From an uncultured Acidimicrobiales bacterium (lineage in GTDB: Bacteria; Actinomycetota; Acidimicrobiia; Acidimicrobiales; SHLQ01), in contig CAZFBD010000006.1 in the NCBI GenBank assembly GCA_964517125.1, positions 27,429 to 91,428 on the forward strand: DNA of 64,000 bases, written 5' to 3'. Positions 24,509 to 32,942 of this stretch are shown piece after piece. The notes under the pieces are model-generated. The model did no database searches. It was not told the origin of the DNA and worked only from the letters and a program-made list of their open reading frames with translations. Positions within the stretch are counted from its first letter, which is position 1. The number at the start of each line of letters is the position of its first letter. The translations under genes were made by a program, and so were the position numbers.

Positions 24509-24796
24509 ATGGTCCTTATGGATCACGAGCTACCGCCCGGCCACGTCTACCGATACTCCGCTTCGCCCGAGATCGACTTGGAAGGCCGACCTACCGGTTA
24601 CGTGGCATGGGTTAAGAGGCCCGAGCGGATAGGCACTTGGAAGCACCGCGCTCTGGCTCTAGAGAAAGCTCGGGAGAAAGCGAAGCTAAGAGGCGAGATC
24701 TACGCTCCGATAAAGCTCCGCTCCTCTTACGTCCGTCAGGACATGAGTCCGCATAAAGTGAGTTCATGGCAAGACCTTCCGGCTCAAGCCGGGTAA
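24509..24796 (+). CDS. hypothetical protein
   Basis: Track ORF. An alternative start at ATG 24518 lies 7 nt after a TAGGAT -10-like hexamer. Confidence 0.55.
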   Translation: MVLMDHELPPGHVYRYSASPEIDLEGRPTGYVAWVKRPERIGTWKHRALALEKAREKAKLRGEIYAPIKLRSSYVRQDMSPHKVSSWQDLPAQAG

Positions 24797-24972
24797 CTCC
24801 GAAGAAGAATACGGGCGCTAGACCGTCGGGCTCGGTAGCCCTCCCTGGCTCCACCAAGAATGTTCGGTGGTGCGAGGGCCATAAAGCCTTCCACCCGGTC
24901 AACCCGAAGCCGAAGTCAAAGCGTAAGCCGGTCGTCCTCCAGTCCAAGCCGGAACCGGACGAGCCGTCCTAA
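24766..24972 (+). CDS. hypothetical basic protein
   Basis: Track ORF with high GC3. Overlaps the upstream gene by 31 nt. Contains RWCEGHKAFH. Confidence 0.4.
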   Translation: MARPSGSSRVTPKKNTGARPSGSVALPGSTKNVRWCEGHKAFHPVNPKPKSKRKPVVLQSKPEPDEPS

Positions 24973-25078
24973 CGTTCCGATGACGACCGAGTCAAGACGG
25001 TAGCCTGAATCTCCAAAGCGGAACTACTCTTCCTTACGGGCTAGCGGCCATTCGACCCTTCGTAGTAGAGGTTCTGTA

Positions 25079-25285
25079 ATGTGGTTGCTCGTCGCCGGAA
25101 GCGGGCTCGTACTCGGGATAGCTATCGGCCTAGCTACAACTGGAGTTGGGTTCCTGATGTCCCGTAACGACTTCGAGCCGGGTATCGGCCATCCTGGGAT
25201 GGAGTGTCGAGAAGCTCGCGTCAAGATCGAGCGGCTCCAACAGCAGATCCTCGCTATGAAGGAACAATCCGAAGTAGTGGAGTAG
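25079..25285 (+). CDS. small membrane protein (paralogue A)
   Basis: Track ORF. One TM segment (LLVAGSGLVLGIAIGLATTGVGFLM), then GHPGMECREARVKIERL. Confidence 0.6.
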   Translation: MWLLVAGSGLVLGIAIGLATTGVGFLMSRNDFEPGIGHPGMECREARVKIERLQQQILAMKEQSEVVE

Positions 25286-25290
25286 AGGTC

Positions 25291-25521
25291 ATGCTTTATG
25301 TAGGGATGTCGACGATGTTCGCTCTCTTCGTCCTACTGGGCTTCCCGGTAGGAGTCGGAATCGGCTGGACGATACGAAGGGTCCGGGTCCAACGATCCGA
25401 CCACCCCGGCTACTCGTGCGTCGAGGCCGTCGAGATTATCGAGGGCCTAACCCTCGATCGGAATCCGGTCCCGGTTGAACATCGAGACCTAGCTTGGACG
25501 CACCGAGTAGCTCTCGGTTAG
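25291..25521 (+). CDS. small membrane protein (paralogue B)
   Basis: Track ORF 25204..25521 trimmed to ATG 25291. One TM segment (MFALFVLLGFPVGVGIGWTI), then DHPGYSCVEAVEIIEGL. Same architecture as 25079..25285. Confidence 0.55.
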   Translation: MLYVGMSTMFALFVLLGFPVGVGIGWTIRRVRVQRSDHPGYSCVEAVEIIEGLTLDRNPVPVEHRDLAWTHRVALG

Positions 25522-26089
25522 AAATTTCTTTGAAGTATTTATCCCACTAGCCAAGAGGTCTGAGGGCGCTAGGGGATCGGAGGGAAGCGAGAGGGGACTA
25601 GCTTTCTCGCGCCCGTCGAGGCATAGTTGTCGACCAACGCTCCGCGACAACCGAGAGATCCCCTACCGTACGGGATCGGCCAGAACGGAATAACTGGCTC
25701 AACAAACCCCCTGCCGACACAAGTGGGAACTAAGCGGCCACCGAGTGAGTGAGCAAGTAAAGAGGGCAGAGGCCCTTGGACACTCCGACGATCGAGACCG
25801 GGTAACCTGCGGCCGTCGGCGATCGGTTCTTCGGAACCCATCGGGAGCGAGTGAGTCACACTTACGCCCTTCGATTTGAGGGGAGAGGTTGAATGGTCCT
25901 CTCCCTTGGCTGCGAAGGATTCGTAAGGTTCACAGAACGGATCGGTTCACCTCAGCGTTGCCCCTTGATTAGCGAAAGCGACGAGCGACGGGTAATACCG
26001 AAGGTCTAGCGTTCCAAGGTCTAGGTTTGTTCTACTGCAAGAGCACACCTAGCCCTGACGCTCTGCTCAGGGCTCTGGGTAATCCCTGA

Positions 26090-26182
26090 CGGTCGGCGTC
26101 TTCTAAGAGGGTGGGGCCGCCCCAGCGGCCTCAAGCGTCAGCTGATGGATGAAATCCATCCCCTCTTAGAAGACGCCGACCG
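26090..26182. repeat. 22-bp perfect inverted repeat enclosing two sub-hairpins
   Basis: CGGTCGGCGTCTTCTAAGAGGG (26090-26111) and CCCTCTTAGAAGACGCCGACCG (26161-26182). The 49-nt loop contains TGGGGC-CG-CCCCA and GATGGAT-GAA-ATCCATC. Confidence 0.85.
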
Positions 26183-26263
26183 ACGATGAATTGGGCATGA
26201 GTCTAATACCCGCTGTCAAGAGGGGAGGATAGGGAGAGTATAGACCAGCCCTAGGGTTAAATC

Positions 26264-26318
26264 AATAGGGGATATAAGTAATTACTAGTTGACTCATAGG
26301 GTAAAGACGGACTAAAGT
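26264..26318 (+). promoter_or_regulatory. promoter with split upstream element
   Basis: aATAGGGGatataaGTAATTACtag-TTGACT(26289-26294)-18 nt-TAAAGT. Leader of about 30 nt, then GAAGGG and ATG 26355. Confidence 0.5.
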
Positions 26319-26354
26319 ACTAGGTAAGAAGCAGTCATCGAGAAGGGTATTCAG

Positions 26355-26636
26355 ATGGAACCAGGCGACGAGATTGAAGAAGAGTTCGAAGTAATTGGGG
26401 CTCTGGAACTCGACGAAGTAACGGCGAGGGACCTCCGAAGGACTTTGAACTCGCTCCGGGTTCACGCCCTTGTGATAGCGGTTGCTTTCCTCGCCTACGT
26501 CTTCTCCCTCCGGGCTAACTTCTACCCGATCACCGTGGTAGCCGTCTTCGTTCTGGTCTTCGCCGTCCCCGGCTTCGTCGGCACCGTCCGGGCTTGGTAT
26601 CAAATCCAATCCTTCCGGAACTTCTGGCAGCTATGA
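26355..26636 (+). CDS. small membrane protein
   Basis: Track ORF. Two hydrophobic segments. Confidence 0.6.
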   Translation: MEPGDEIEEEFEVIGALELDEVTARDLRRTLNSLRVHALVIAVAFLAYVFSLRANFYPITVVAVFVLVFAVPGFVGTVRAWYQIQSFRNFWQL

Positions 26637-26896
26637 CCTCCGCGACTAAGGCGAAGAAGAAAGCCGAAGCTTGGTCTTGGAAGTTCCTGCTCCTTCCGTT
26701 TGGAGTTGGCTTCGCCGTCCCGATGATCTTGGTCGGGATCTTCTCCGAGATCGGCGGCCGGACCGTTACCGTTTCGACTTACACCGGCCTGACAACGCTC
26801 GCCCTGTTCCACGCCTTCAACCTCTACGTCCTGACTACGGTCAAGATCCCGAAGCGCTGGGAACGGATTAAGAATTGGAAGAAGTACGTCAAGTGA
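26633..26896 (+). CDS. small membrane protein
   Basis: Track ORF 26594..26896 trimmed to ATG 26633 (ATGA overlap). Two hydrophobic segments. Confidence 0.6.
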   Translation: MTSATKAKKKAEAWSWKFLLLPFGVGFAVPMILVGIFSEIGGRTVTVSTYTGLTTLALFHAFNLYVLTTVKIPKRWERIKNWKKYVK

Positions 26897-27159
26897 GCCA
26901 GACCAAAGAAGAAGAACTCATCTCCGATTGCCGCAAGGTTGAAGCGGGGATCTTGATCCTCACCTTCGTAGCGGCCTCAGTCGCAACCATGACTGGCGTA
27001 GCTTTCGATTGGGTCGAGCATCCAATCCTCGCTCTCCTAGCGCTCCTACTCGTCTCCGGGATTTGGTCGCTTCTCGTCTCGATGGCGGCAAGCTTCCCCG
27101 ATCGAGTTCGAGCCCGAGCTATTGCCGAGCTTCTTATCGATCCGGAGGTAGGACCGTGA
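26893..27159 (+). CDS. small membrane protein
   Basis: Track ORF 26875..27159 trimmed to GTG 26893 (GTGA overlap). Two hydrophobic segments. Confidence 0.55.
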   Translation: MSQTKEEELISDCRKVEAGILILTFVAASVATMTGVAFDWVEHPILALLALLLVSGIWSLLVSMAASFPDRVRARAIAELLIDPEVGP

Positions 27160-27398
27160 ATCTCCTAACGTGGATCTCGATCGTCTTCCTCGCCTCCGCG
27201 GTGCTTCTCGTGCTCTTGACTTCGGCCTACCGGATAGCGGTAAAGCAATGGGCCATCGTTGATGAACTCGGTCCCTTCGACCCGAGAGGCCAAGGACCTC
27301 GACCCGAATCCGACGGCTGGATAACCAACGCCGAAGCGGCCGGGGACGTCGATCACGAGCCGATCGGCTTCGCCGATATCGAGCCCTTCAAGAGCTAA
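27156..27398 (+). CDS. small membrane protein
   Basis: Track ORF 27009..27398 trimmed to GTG 27156 (GTGA overlap). N-terminal TM LLTWISIVFLASAVLLVLL. Confidence 0.55.
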   Translation: MNLLTWISIVFLASAVLLVLLTSAYRIAVKQWAIVDELGPFDPRGQGPRPESDGWITNAEAAGDVDHEPIGFADIEPFKS

Positions 27399-27402
27399 GC
27401 CG

Positions 27403-27960
27403 ATGACGTCTTTGCTTCTCCTGATTCGTCGCCTCTTCGTAGGCTTCGAAGTCGACTCAGTACTAACCGTCGAGCGCCAGACCTACGGCGTCGACGCGAT
27501 TTACTCCGACGGCGAGCGAGTCCACGTCGTCCCCCTATGCGCAGCCTCTTTCGAAACGGCTCACCCGGTTGACGTACGAAGGGCGAGAGGTCTAGAGAAT
27601 TGCGAGCATTGTCTCCCGGATCCTCCCGGCTTGCTGACCTTCGATAAGGAAGGGATCTCCCGAGCGGAGATGGTGAACCGAACGACCGAGTTCTACCGAG
27701 CCCGAGCTATCCGGGTCGAGCAAGAGAGGATGGTCCGAGAGCGGATCGTCGCACCAAACCTCGATCCCGGCCTCATCGCCCGGATCCGTCAGGCGGAGGC
27801 AACCCTAAACGAACTCCCGCTCGACCTTCGAGGGCTCACCGATCAACAAGCCCAAGCCCAAGCTCATCGACTAGAGACCGAGGTAGCGAAGATGCTGCGA
27901 GCGGCCGAAGAGGAGTGGGACCGAGAACTACGAGACGGACCCCGAAAGGACCACCGATGA
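27403..27960 (+). CDS. hypothetical protein
   Basis: Track ORF. C-terminal half looks helical / coiled-coil. Confidence 0.55.
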   Translation: MTSLLLLIRRLFVGFEVDSVLTVERQTYGVDAIYSDGERVHVVPLCAASFETAHPVDVRRARGLENCEHCLPDPPGLLTFDKEGISRAEMVNRTTEFYRARAIRVEQERMVRERIVAPNLDPGLIARIRQAEATLNELPLDLRGLTDQQAQAQAHRLETEVAKMLRAAEEEWDRELRDGPRKDHR

Positions 27961-28769
27961 TTCAAGAAACGGAACTAAGCGAAGGCGAGCAGATCGTCAC
28001 GCAAATCAAACCGCACTGGTACTTCTTCGCTAGCCGGATCCTTCTCTACATAGTCGGGATGATCCTCATGGTTGGAGCCCTCCTACTCCCCGGCAACGTC
28101 GGCGGCTGGATTGCTCTCGCTATCGCCCTATGGCTCGTAGTAACGATCGGCTGGCGAGCCCTCGAATGGCACGCGACGACCTTCGTAATCACGACCGACC
28201 GAATCATGTCTCGCTCCGGCGTACTCACTAGAACCGGAATCGAGATCGCTCTTGAGTCGATCGTCAACGTCCGATTCTCCCAGTCGATAACCGAACGGCT
28301 CGTAGGAGCCGGAGACATCTCGGTCGAGTCGGCCAACGATTCGGGCTCGACCAAGTTCGACGACATCAAGAACCCGAAGCACATTCAAGCCCTTATCCAC
28401 CGGACCAAAGAGCAGAACGTCGAGACGAAACGAGACTTCGCCTCCCTCGACGCGACGAAGGTCCAGGTCCCCGGCGACATCGCAATCGGCGCTCCTCTCC
28501 CGAAGAGTTCCTCGCCGAAAGTCAAAGGCGCTCCTCCCGTCCCTACCGAGGACTGGCGAGCGAAGGTACCGGTTCCGAGGGTCGTCTCTAAAGACGAGGA
28601 TCCGACCGACGAGGTAGAGATCCCGATCGAGACGATGCGACCAGCTACGAAACCTCGATCCCTTTCGGAGAAGATTCGAGAGATCGCCGCCCTTCGGGAT
28701 GAGGGAGTAATCAACCAACAAGACTTCGAACGGATGAGCCGAGAGCTGATCCAGAATGACGGGAGCTGA
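27957..28769 (+). CDS. membrane-flanked bacterial PH (bPH_2/YdbT-like) domain protein with C-terminal SHOCT-like motif
   Basis: Track ORF 27915..28769 trimmed to ATG 27957 (ATGA overlap). Two TM segments followed by FVITTDRIMSRSGVLTR..., with C-terminal IAALRDEGVINQQDFERMSRELI. Confidence 0.6.
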   Translation: MIQETELSEGEQIVTQIKPHWYFFASRILLYIVGMILMVGALLLPGNVGGWIALAIALWLVVTIGWRALEWHATTFVITTDRIMSRSGVLTRTGIEIALESIVNVRFSQSITERLVGAGDISVESANDSGSTKFDDIKNPKHIQALIHRTKEQNVETKRDFASLDATKVQVPGDIAIGAPLPKSSSPKVKGAPPVPTEDWRAKVPVPRVVSKDEDPTDEVEIPIETMRPATKPRSLSEKIREIAALRDEGVINQQDFERMSRELIQNDGS

Positions 28770-28773
28770 AACT

Positions 28774-29280
28774 ATGGAGACCTGGAATCTAGAGCTAACA
28801 ACCTTCGGCGGCATCTGCGTCGGAGCCAAGCACTTCTACGGAGTGCTCTATCCGGCGACCGGAGAACCGATCCGATTGGAGTACAGGCCCGACGCCGAGC
28901 AATCGGCGCTGCTCTCCGAAGCGGAGTGGGAGCATCCCGTAGGTATGGAGACCGAGCGCTTCTTTACCTCCGAAGACGTTCTCCGGAAAGGGATCGAGGT
29001 CTTCCAAGAGAAGGCGAGAGGTCCCCAGCTTCTCCTACTCGGTCAACACGCATCACGCTCGACGAAGGTCGTCATCTCTTCAATCGAGATCGATCCGGCT
29101 CGCGTCGCCACGCTCAACGAGATCCACGCCCGGCGATGCTCCGAGCAAACCCAAGCGAACCTTCACCAAAGCTTCGCTTCGGCCGAAGAACTTCACCGGG
29201 CCTTTGCTCCGGTCGAGGCTCTCAACGACGCCTTTGCCGAACTGGCTATGGCTGCGGTTAACGGTCGAGCGCATTGCTGA
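28774..29280 (+). CDS. hypothetical protein
   Basis: Track ORF 28756..29280. ATG 28774 is preferred because GGGAG lies 8 nt upstream. Confidence 0.55.
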   Translation: METWNLELTTFGGICVGAKHFYGVLYPATGEPIRLEYRPDAEQSALLSEAEWEHPVGMETERFFTSEDVLRKGIEVFQEKARGPQLLLLGQHASRSTKVVISSIEIDPARVATLNEIHARRCSEQTQANLHQSFASAEELHRAFAPVEALNDAFAELAMAAVNGRAHC

Positions 29281-29424
29281 CGATTGACCTCCGAGTCCTT
29301 TGTAGTTGTTGGGCTTGCGGAGCCGACCACTGGCCGAGCGCCGCTAGTTGGGTAATTCGAGTCGGGCTTCGAGCGCCGATAGTCGTAGCCTCGATATGCC
29401 CGGCGTGCTCGGAGGACAGCGGCC

Positions 29425-29745
29425 TTGACGAGAAGTGGTAGATCGTTGCTAGACGTACTAGAAGAGATCGAAGACGAAGCGGTTGGAGGCAACCTCCTGG
29501 TAGGCGGCTTCCTTTCGTCCCCCGAGCTTCGAGCTTCGGTAGCCCTCGCCGTAGAAGCCGAGCGCCGACTCTTCGAGAACGAGGCTATGTACGGTTCGGC
29601 CTACGGTCCCTATCTCCACGATTCGGCCTACGCTGAGATGTCATGGCCGACCCTTGTATCTATTGCCAGGCAAACGTTGAGGAACGAGAGCCGGACCACG
29701 CGAGCGATTGCCCGTTTGAAACTAACGTTTGGCCGAACTCGATAA
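29425..29745 (+). CDS. doubtful ORF (5' two thirds look protein-like)
   Basis: Track ORF, TTG start. Its last 100 nt overlap the better-looking ORF 29643..29855 in another frame and translate as R/T-rich sequence. Confidence 0.3.
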   Translation: MTRSGRSLLDVLEEIEDEAVGGNLLVGGFLSSPELRASVALAVEAERRLFENEAMYGSAYGPYLHDSAYAEMSWPTLVSIARQTLRNESRTTRAIARLKLTFGRTR

Positions 29746-29855
29746 ACGAACCGATCGTTTGCTACGACTGCAAGACCGATATCGGCGATACCTATTCGGT
29801 CGATTCGAACTTCATCAAATGCCACGACTGCGCCGGAGTCCCGGCCCCTACCTAG
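29643..29855 (+). CDS. Cys-rich zinc-ribbon protein
   Basis: Track ORF. Cysteine pairs CIYC...C, CYDC and CHDC. Confidence 0.55.
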   Translation: MADPCIYCQANVEEREPDHASDCPFETNVWPNSINEPIVCYDCKTDIGDTYSVDSNFIKCHDCAGVPAPT

Positions 29856-29864
29856 GAATTTCTA

Positions 29865-29901
29865 ATTAGGGGTTGACTTAAGATCCGGGAGGGATCAAGA
29901 T
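29865..29901 (+). promoter_or_regulatory. conserved extended promoter
   Basis: attAGGGG-TTGACT(29873-29878)-17 nt-CAAGAT-6 nt-ATG 29908. Confidence 0.65.
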
Positions 29902-29907
29902 ACTCCT

Positions 29908-30339
29908 ATGAATCTCATCGAATCAGTCAACAGCGCAATCGCTAACGGCCTCCCAGTAACCGTGACCCGCTCACTGGACGAAGGACGTTGGAGCTACTGG
30001 CTCCACGTAGACGCCATCTACTTGACAGACCTTCCCGAATTCGTCGGGATTGCCTTCGTCGAGCAGATGGAGCGGACCAGCCCGAACGCTTGGGTGGCGA
30101 GCAAGCAACTAATCCTCAACCCACAAGCCCGAGTTCTCTATGCTCAGCGGCTCGGCTATCTGGTCCGCATGGACTACGTTTGCTGCGGCTGGGAAATCCA
30201 GATCGGCGAAGCACCCAGCTTCGAGGTCAGCGACCTTACCGCCGAAGACCTCCTTGAGACTTGCATAGTCGAAGAAGTTGGCGGCCCCGATTCGACCGAA
30301 GTCCTTCTCACCGAAGATCGAGAAAGCGAGTTTTGCTAG
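29908..30339 (+). CDS. hypothetical protein, leaderless
   Basis: Track ORF. ATG 6 nt after the -10. Confidence 0.65.
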   Translation: MNLIESVNSAIANGLPVTVTRSLDEGRWSYWLHVDAIYLTDLPEFVGIAFVEQMERTSPNAWVASKQLILNPQARVLYAQRLGYLVRMDYVCCGWEIQIGEAPSFEVSDLTAEDLLETCIVEEVGGPDSTEVLLTEDRESEFC

Positions 30340-30360
30340 GAGTCTCCTAGCTACAAGATC

Positions 30361-30402
30361 GGAGGCCGGTCCGCTTTATCGCCCACCGCTGGACCGGCCT
30401 CC
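30361..30402 (+). terminator. hairpin terminator (12-bp perfect stem)
   Basis: GGAGGCCGGTCC ... GGACCGGCCTCC, 22 nt after the stop at 30339. Confidence 0.55.
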
Positions 30403-30431
30403 TCTCCCGCAACCAACGAAAGGATTCAGCC

Positions 30432-31079
30432 ATGAGCACGCTGACCAGAGTAAGCCAACTAGCGAAGCAGTCGAGGAAGTTTGGTTGGGACGTAACGGTC
30501 CGAGCCAACATCGCACCGGCCGAAGACGAAAGGGATTGGGACGGCGAGCCGTTCACCATCGAGAAGATCGAAGAACTCTTCGGCGAAGGTAGGAGCTGGT
30601 TTATCCGCTTCTCGCATCCCCTCTCCAGGCTCCCCCAAGAGCAGACCCGAGCAATCCGTAACGTCGAAGGCAAGCCCGTCGAAATCGACGGCGTCCCGTT
30701 TCTTCGATGGGGCGACCGGGAGCAACACGGCGACGCCCTGAGGAACTACCGAGATTTCGATATTGCCTACCGAGACGTTTCTATCGTTCACGTAACCGGC
30801 GAAGGAAACCTCAACGGCAAGTCGACCAAGGGTTCATACCGGACGGAGGTCTCCCTTAAGGAGATCGAGCGCCACCTTGACCGGAAGGTAGTTACCTCTC
30901 TCGCCGCCATCCCGGCGCTTCGAGAGTTTGAAAGTTCGTGCTCCCAGTTCGAAGCGTCGAGCGGCCGGGTTGGTCGCGCCGAAGAAGAGCTAGCTCAGAT
31001 CCGAGCAGAGCACGCCCAGAACATCAACCGAGTAAGCCGAGCCGCTATGGCTCTCAAGAAAGCGGAGGCACCCAAGTGA
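30432..31079 (+). CDS. hypothetical protein
   Basis: Track ORF. AAAGGA ribosome site. Confidence 0.6.
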   Translation: MSTLTRVSQLAKQSRKFGWDVTVRANIAPAEDERDWDGEPFTIEKIEELFGEGRSWFIRFSHPLSRLPQEQTRAIRNVEGKPVEIDGVPFLRWGDREQHGDALRNYRDFDIAYRDVSIVHVTGEGNLNGKSTKGSYRTEVSLKEIERHLDRKVVTSLAAIPALREFESSCSQFEASSGRVGRAEEELAQIRAEHAQNINRVSRAAMALKKAEAPK

Positions 31080-31873
31080 GCCACTTCTCAGTAATCGTTA
31101 TCGGGCCGGATCCGGAAGCCCAGCTTCGGCCGTTTCATCAGTACGAATGCACGGGCATCGTTGATGAGTACGTAAAGGAAGTCGATCGGACCGAGGAAGC
31201 CCGAGACGACTACGAGAAATACAGCAAGAACGGAGAGCCCTTCGAGGAGTTCATCAAGGGCTGGTTCGGCGACACGATCACCAGTGATGAGCCGATGACG
31301 GAAGGGTTCAAGACTCGGATCGATTCCGACGGGCGAGTCTTTAGCTTGACCAACCCTGATTACAAATGGGATTGGTACACGATCGGCGGACGTTGGTCCG
31401 GCTGGCTCCTCAAAGACCAGGCTCCTCGATCCGAATTCGACTTCGACCTACTCCGCAGCCGAGCAGCGAACGAGGCCGGAGCCGACTGGGACGCGGTGTG
31501 GAAGGGCGGCTACGAACCGCCGAACGACATCAAGACCTTCGAGGACTTCGAAGGCGACGGCGAGGCTTGGGCGGAGTACGACAGATGGCTCCGGGGTCTT
31601 CCGTTCGCTCAGCGAGCTTTCGATCGAGGCTTCGTTCTCGGAGTCCGGGAGTTCCTGGTCGACCGGGAGACCTACGTCGGCAAGGCTAGGGATGCCGCTA
31701 TCTCTCCGTTCGCTATGGTCGCCGAAGGTCGATGGGCCGCTAGGGGCGATATGGGTTGGTTCGGGATGTCGACCAGCGACGTGCCATCGGAGGATTGGAA
31801 TAAGCGAGTCTCCGGGTTCCTCGAATGCCTCGCTCCGGAGACGCTTCTTACCGTCGTTGATTGCCACATCTGA
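31076..31873 (+). CDS. hypothetical protein (conserved-looking, KWDWYTIGGRWSG motif)
   Basis: Track ORF 30938..31873 trimmed to GTG 31076 (GTGA overlap, GGAGG 8 nt upstream). Confidence 0.6.
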   Translation: MSHFSVIVIGPDPEAQLRPFHQYECTGIVDEYVKEVDRTEEARDDYEKYSKNGEPFEEFIKGWFGDTITSDEPMTEGFKTRIDSDGRVFSLTNPDYKWDWYTIGGRWSGWLLKDQAPRSEFDFDLLRSRAANEAGADWDAVWKGGYEPPNDIKTFEDFEGDGEAWAEYDRWLRGLPFAQRAFDRGFVLGVREFLVDRETYVGKARDAAISPFAMVAEGRWAARGDMGWFGMSTSDVPSEDWNKRVSGFLECLAPETLLTVVDCHI

Positions 31874-31901
31874 GACGGAGGAGTAAGAAGGTTCTAAGTC
31901 G

Positions 31902-31936
31902 CTCCCGGCCGGGTATCCAATCCGTCCGGCCGGGAG
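31902..31936 (+). terminator. hairpin terminator (11-bp GC-rich stem)
   Basis: CTCCCGGCCGG-13 nt-CCGGCCGGGAG, 29 nt after the stop at 31873. Confidence 0.55.
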
Positions 31937-32068
31937 AGTGGTAGCCGCTAGGTGTGCGTCCTTCGTAAGGGGATGACACCGGGTAGGGCTAGCTCTTTGC
32001 TCAGGGGCTAGACCGGAGTTCGATTCTCCAAGTGGCACTAATCGATAGCTAAGGAAGGAGGAAGGTCA

Positions 32069-32251
32069 ATGCTCCAGAAGCTAAGTATCTACGCACTAGC
32101 GCTCTTCGGTCTCTTCGCGATCGCGTCGGGCGGCGGAGACGTCTCCGCTATGTCGAGCGGCTTTGGCGACTTTGTGGTCCAGCTCTTCGGCGGCATCGCC
32201 GAGTTCCTAGCCGGATTCTTCGGCGGCTTCGGTAACGACTCTCCGCAGTAA
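32069..32251 (+). CDS. small hydrophobic Gly/Phe-rich protein
   Basis: Track ORF. Very strong ribosome site AAGGAAGGAGGAAGG. N-terminal signal/TM-like segment. Confidence 0.6.
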   Translation: MLQKLSIYALALFGLFAIASGGGDVSAMSSGFGDFVVQLFGGIAEFLAGFFGGFGNDSPQ

Positions 32252-32277
32252 CAACCCACCGAAAGGAATACGCACCT

Positions 32278-32856
32278 ATGGGAACCAGAGGAATGCTCGG
32301 ATTCGTCGTCGACGGCGAGAAAGAGATCATCACCTACAATCACTTCGATTCGTACCCGAGCGGCCTCGGAGCCGACGTAGCCGAGTGGATCGCTTCGGTC
32401 GACGATTGGGAGGCCATACGGCAGCAAGCCCGAGACCTCACCCCGGTCGACGAGGAGAGCAAGCCAACCGAGGACGAGCTAGCCAAGCTAAGCCGCTGGC
32501 ATAACTCGATGGTGAGCGAGGGCGACGATTGGTACTCGCTACTACGGGGGACCCAAGGTAAGCCGGGCGAGATCCTGGATTGCGGCTATTGGGTCCCCAA
32601 TAACGGCTTTGTATCGGACTCGCTATTCTGCGAGTGGGGATACTTCATCGACCTGGACACGGCGACTTTCGAGGTCTACCGAGGGTTTCAGAGGAGCCCT
32701 CACGAGTCCGGGCGGTTTGCCGGTCGAGTCCGTTCGAAAGAACCGCTTGAGTATTACCCGATCAAGCTCGTCGGCTCGTCGAGCCTAGGGTCGTCAGCTA
32801 AGCGACTGATCGACGAAGTCGAAGCGGCCGAGCGGGCCGAGTATGAAAACGACTAA
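32278..32856 (+). CDS. hypothetical protein
   Basis: Track ORF. AAAGGA upstream. Confidence 0.6.
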   Translation: MGTRGMLGFVVDGEKEIITYNHFDSYPSGLGADVAEWIASVDDWEAIRQQARDLTPVDEESKPTEDELAKLSRWHNSMVSEGDDWYSLLRGTQGKPGEILDCGYWVPNNGFVSDSLFCEWGYFIDLDTATFEVYRGFQRSPHESGRFAGRVRSKEPLEYYPIKLVGSSSLGSSAKRLIDEVEAAERAEYEND

Positions 32857-32876
32857 GAGCGTGCGGGAACCATGAG

Positions 32877-32906
32877 GGAGGGTCGGGCTTACGGGCTCGA
32901 CCCTCC
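32877..32906 (+). terminator. hairpin terminator
   Basis: GGAGGGTCG ... CGACCCTCC followed by TTCGCTT. Confidence 0.5.
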
Positions 32907-32942
32907 TTCGCTTAAGCACCTCAACGGAAGGAGAAGTTCGAT

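Noticed and set aside
25569-25859. 96-aa minus-strand ORF in the large gene-free region.
   Set aside because: G/R/P-rich composition, no ribosome site or promoter, and it coincides with dense RNA-like helices.
32015-32029. T-arm-like GGAG-TTCGATT-CTCC, a possible second tRNA or a tRNA-derived attP core.
   Set aside because: I could not build an acceptor stem (no complement to AGTGGCA upstream), D arm or convincing anticodon arm. The fifth T-stem pair would be C.A. No integrase lies in the window to support an attP reading.
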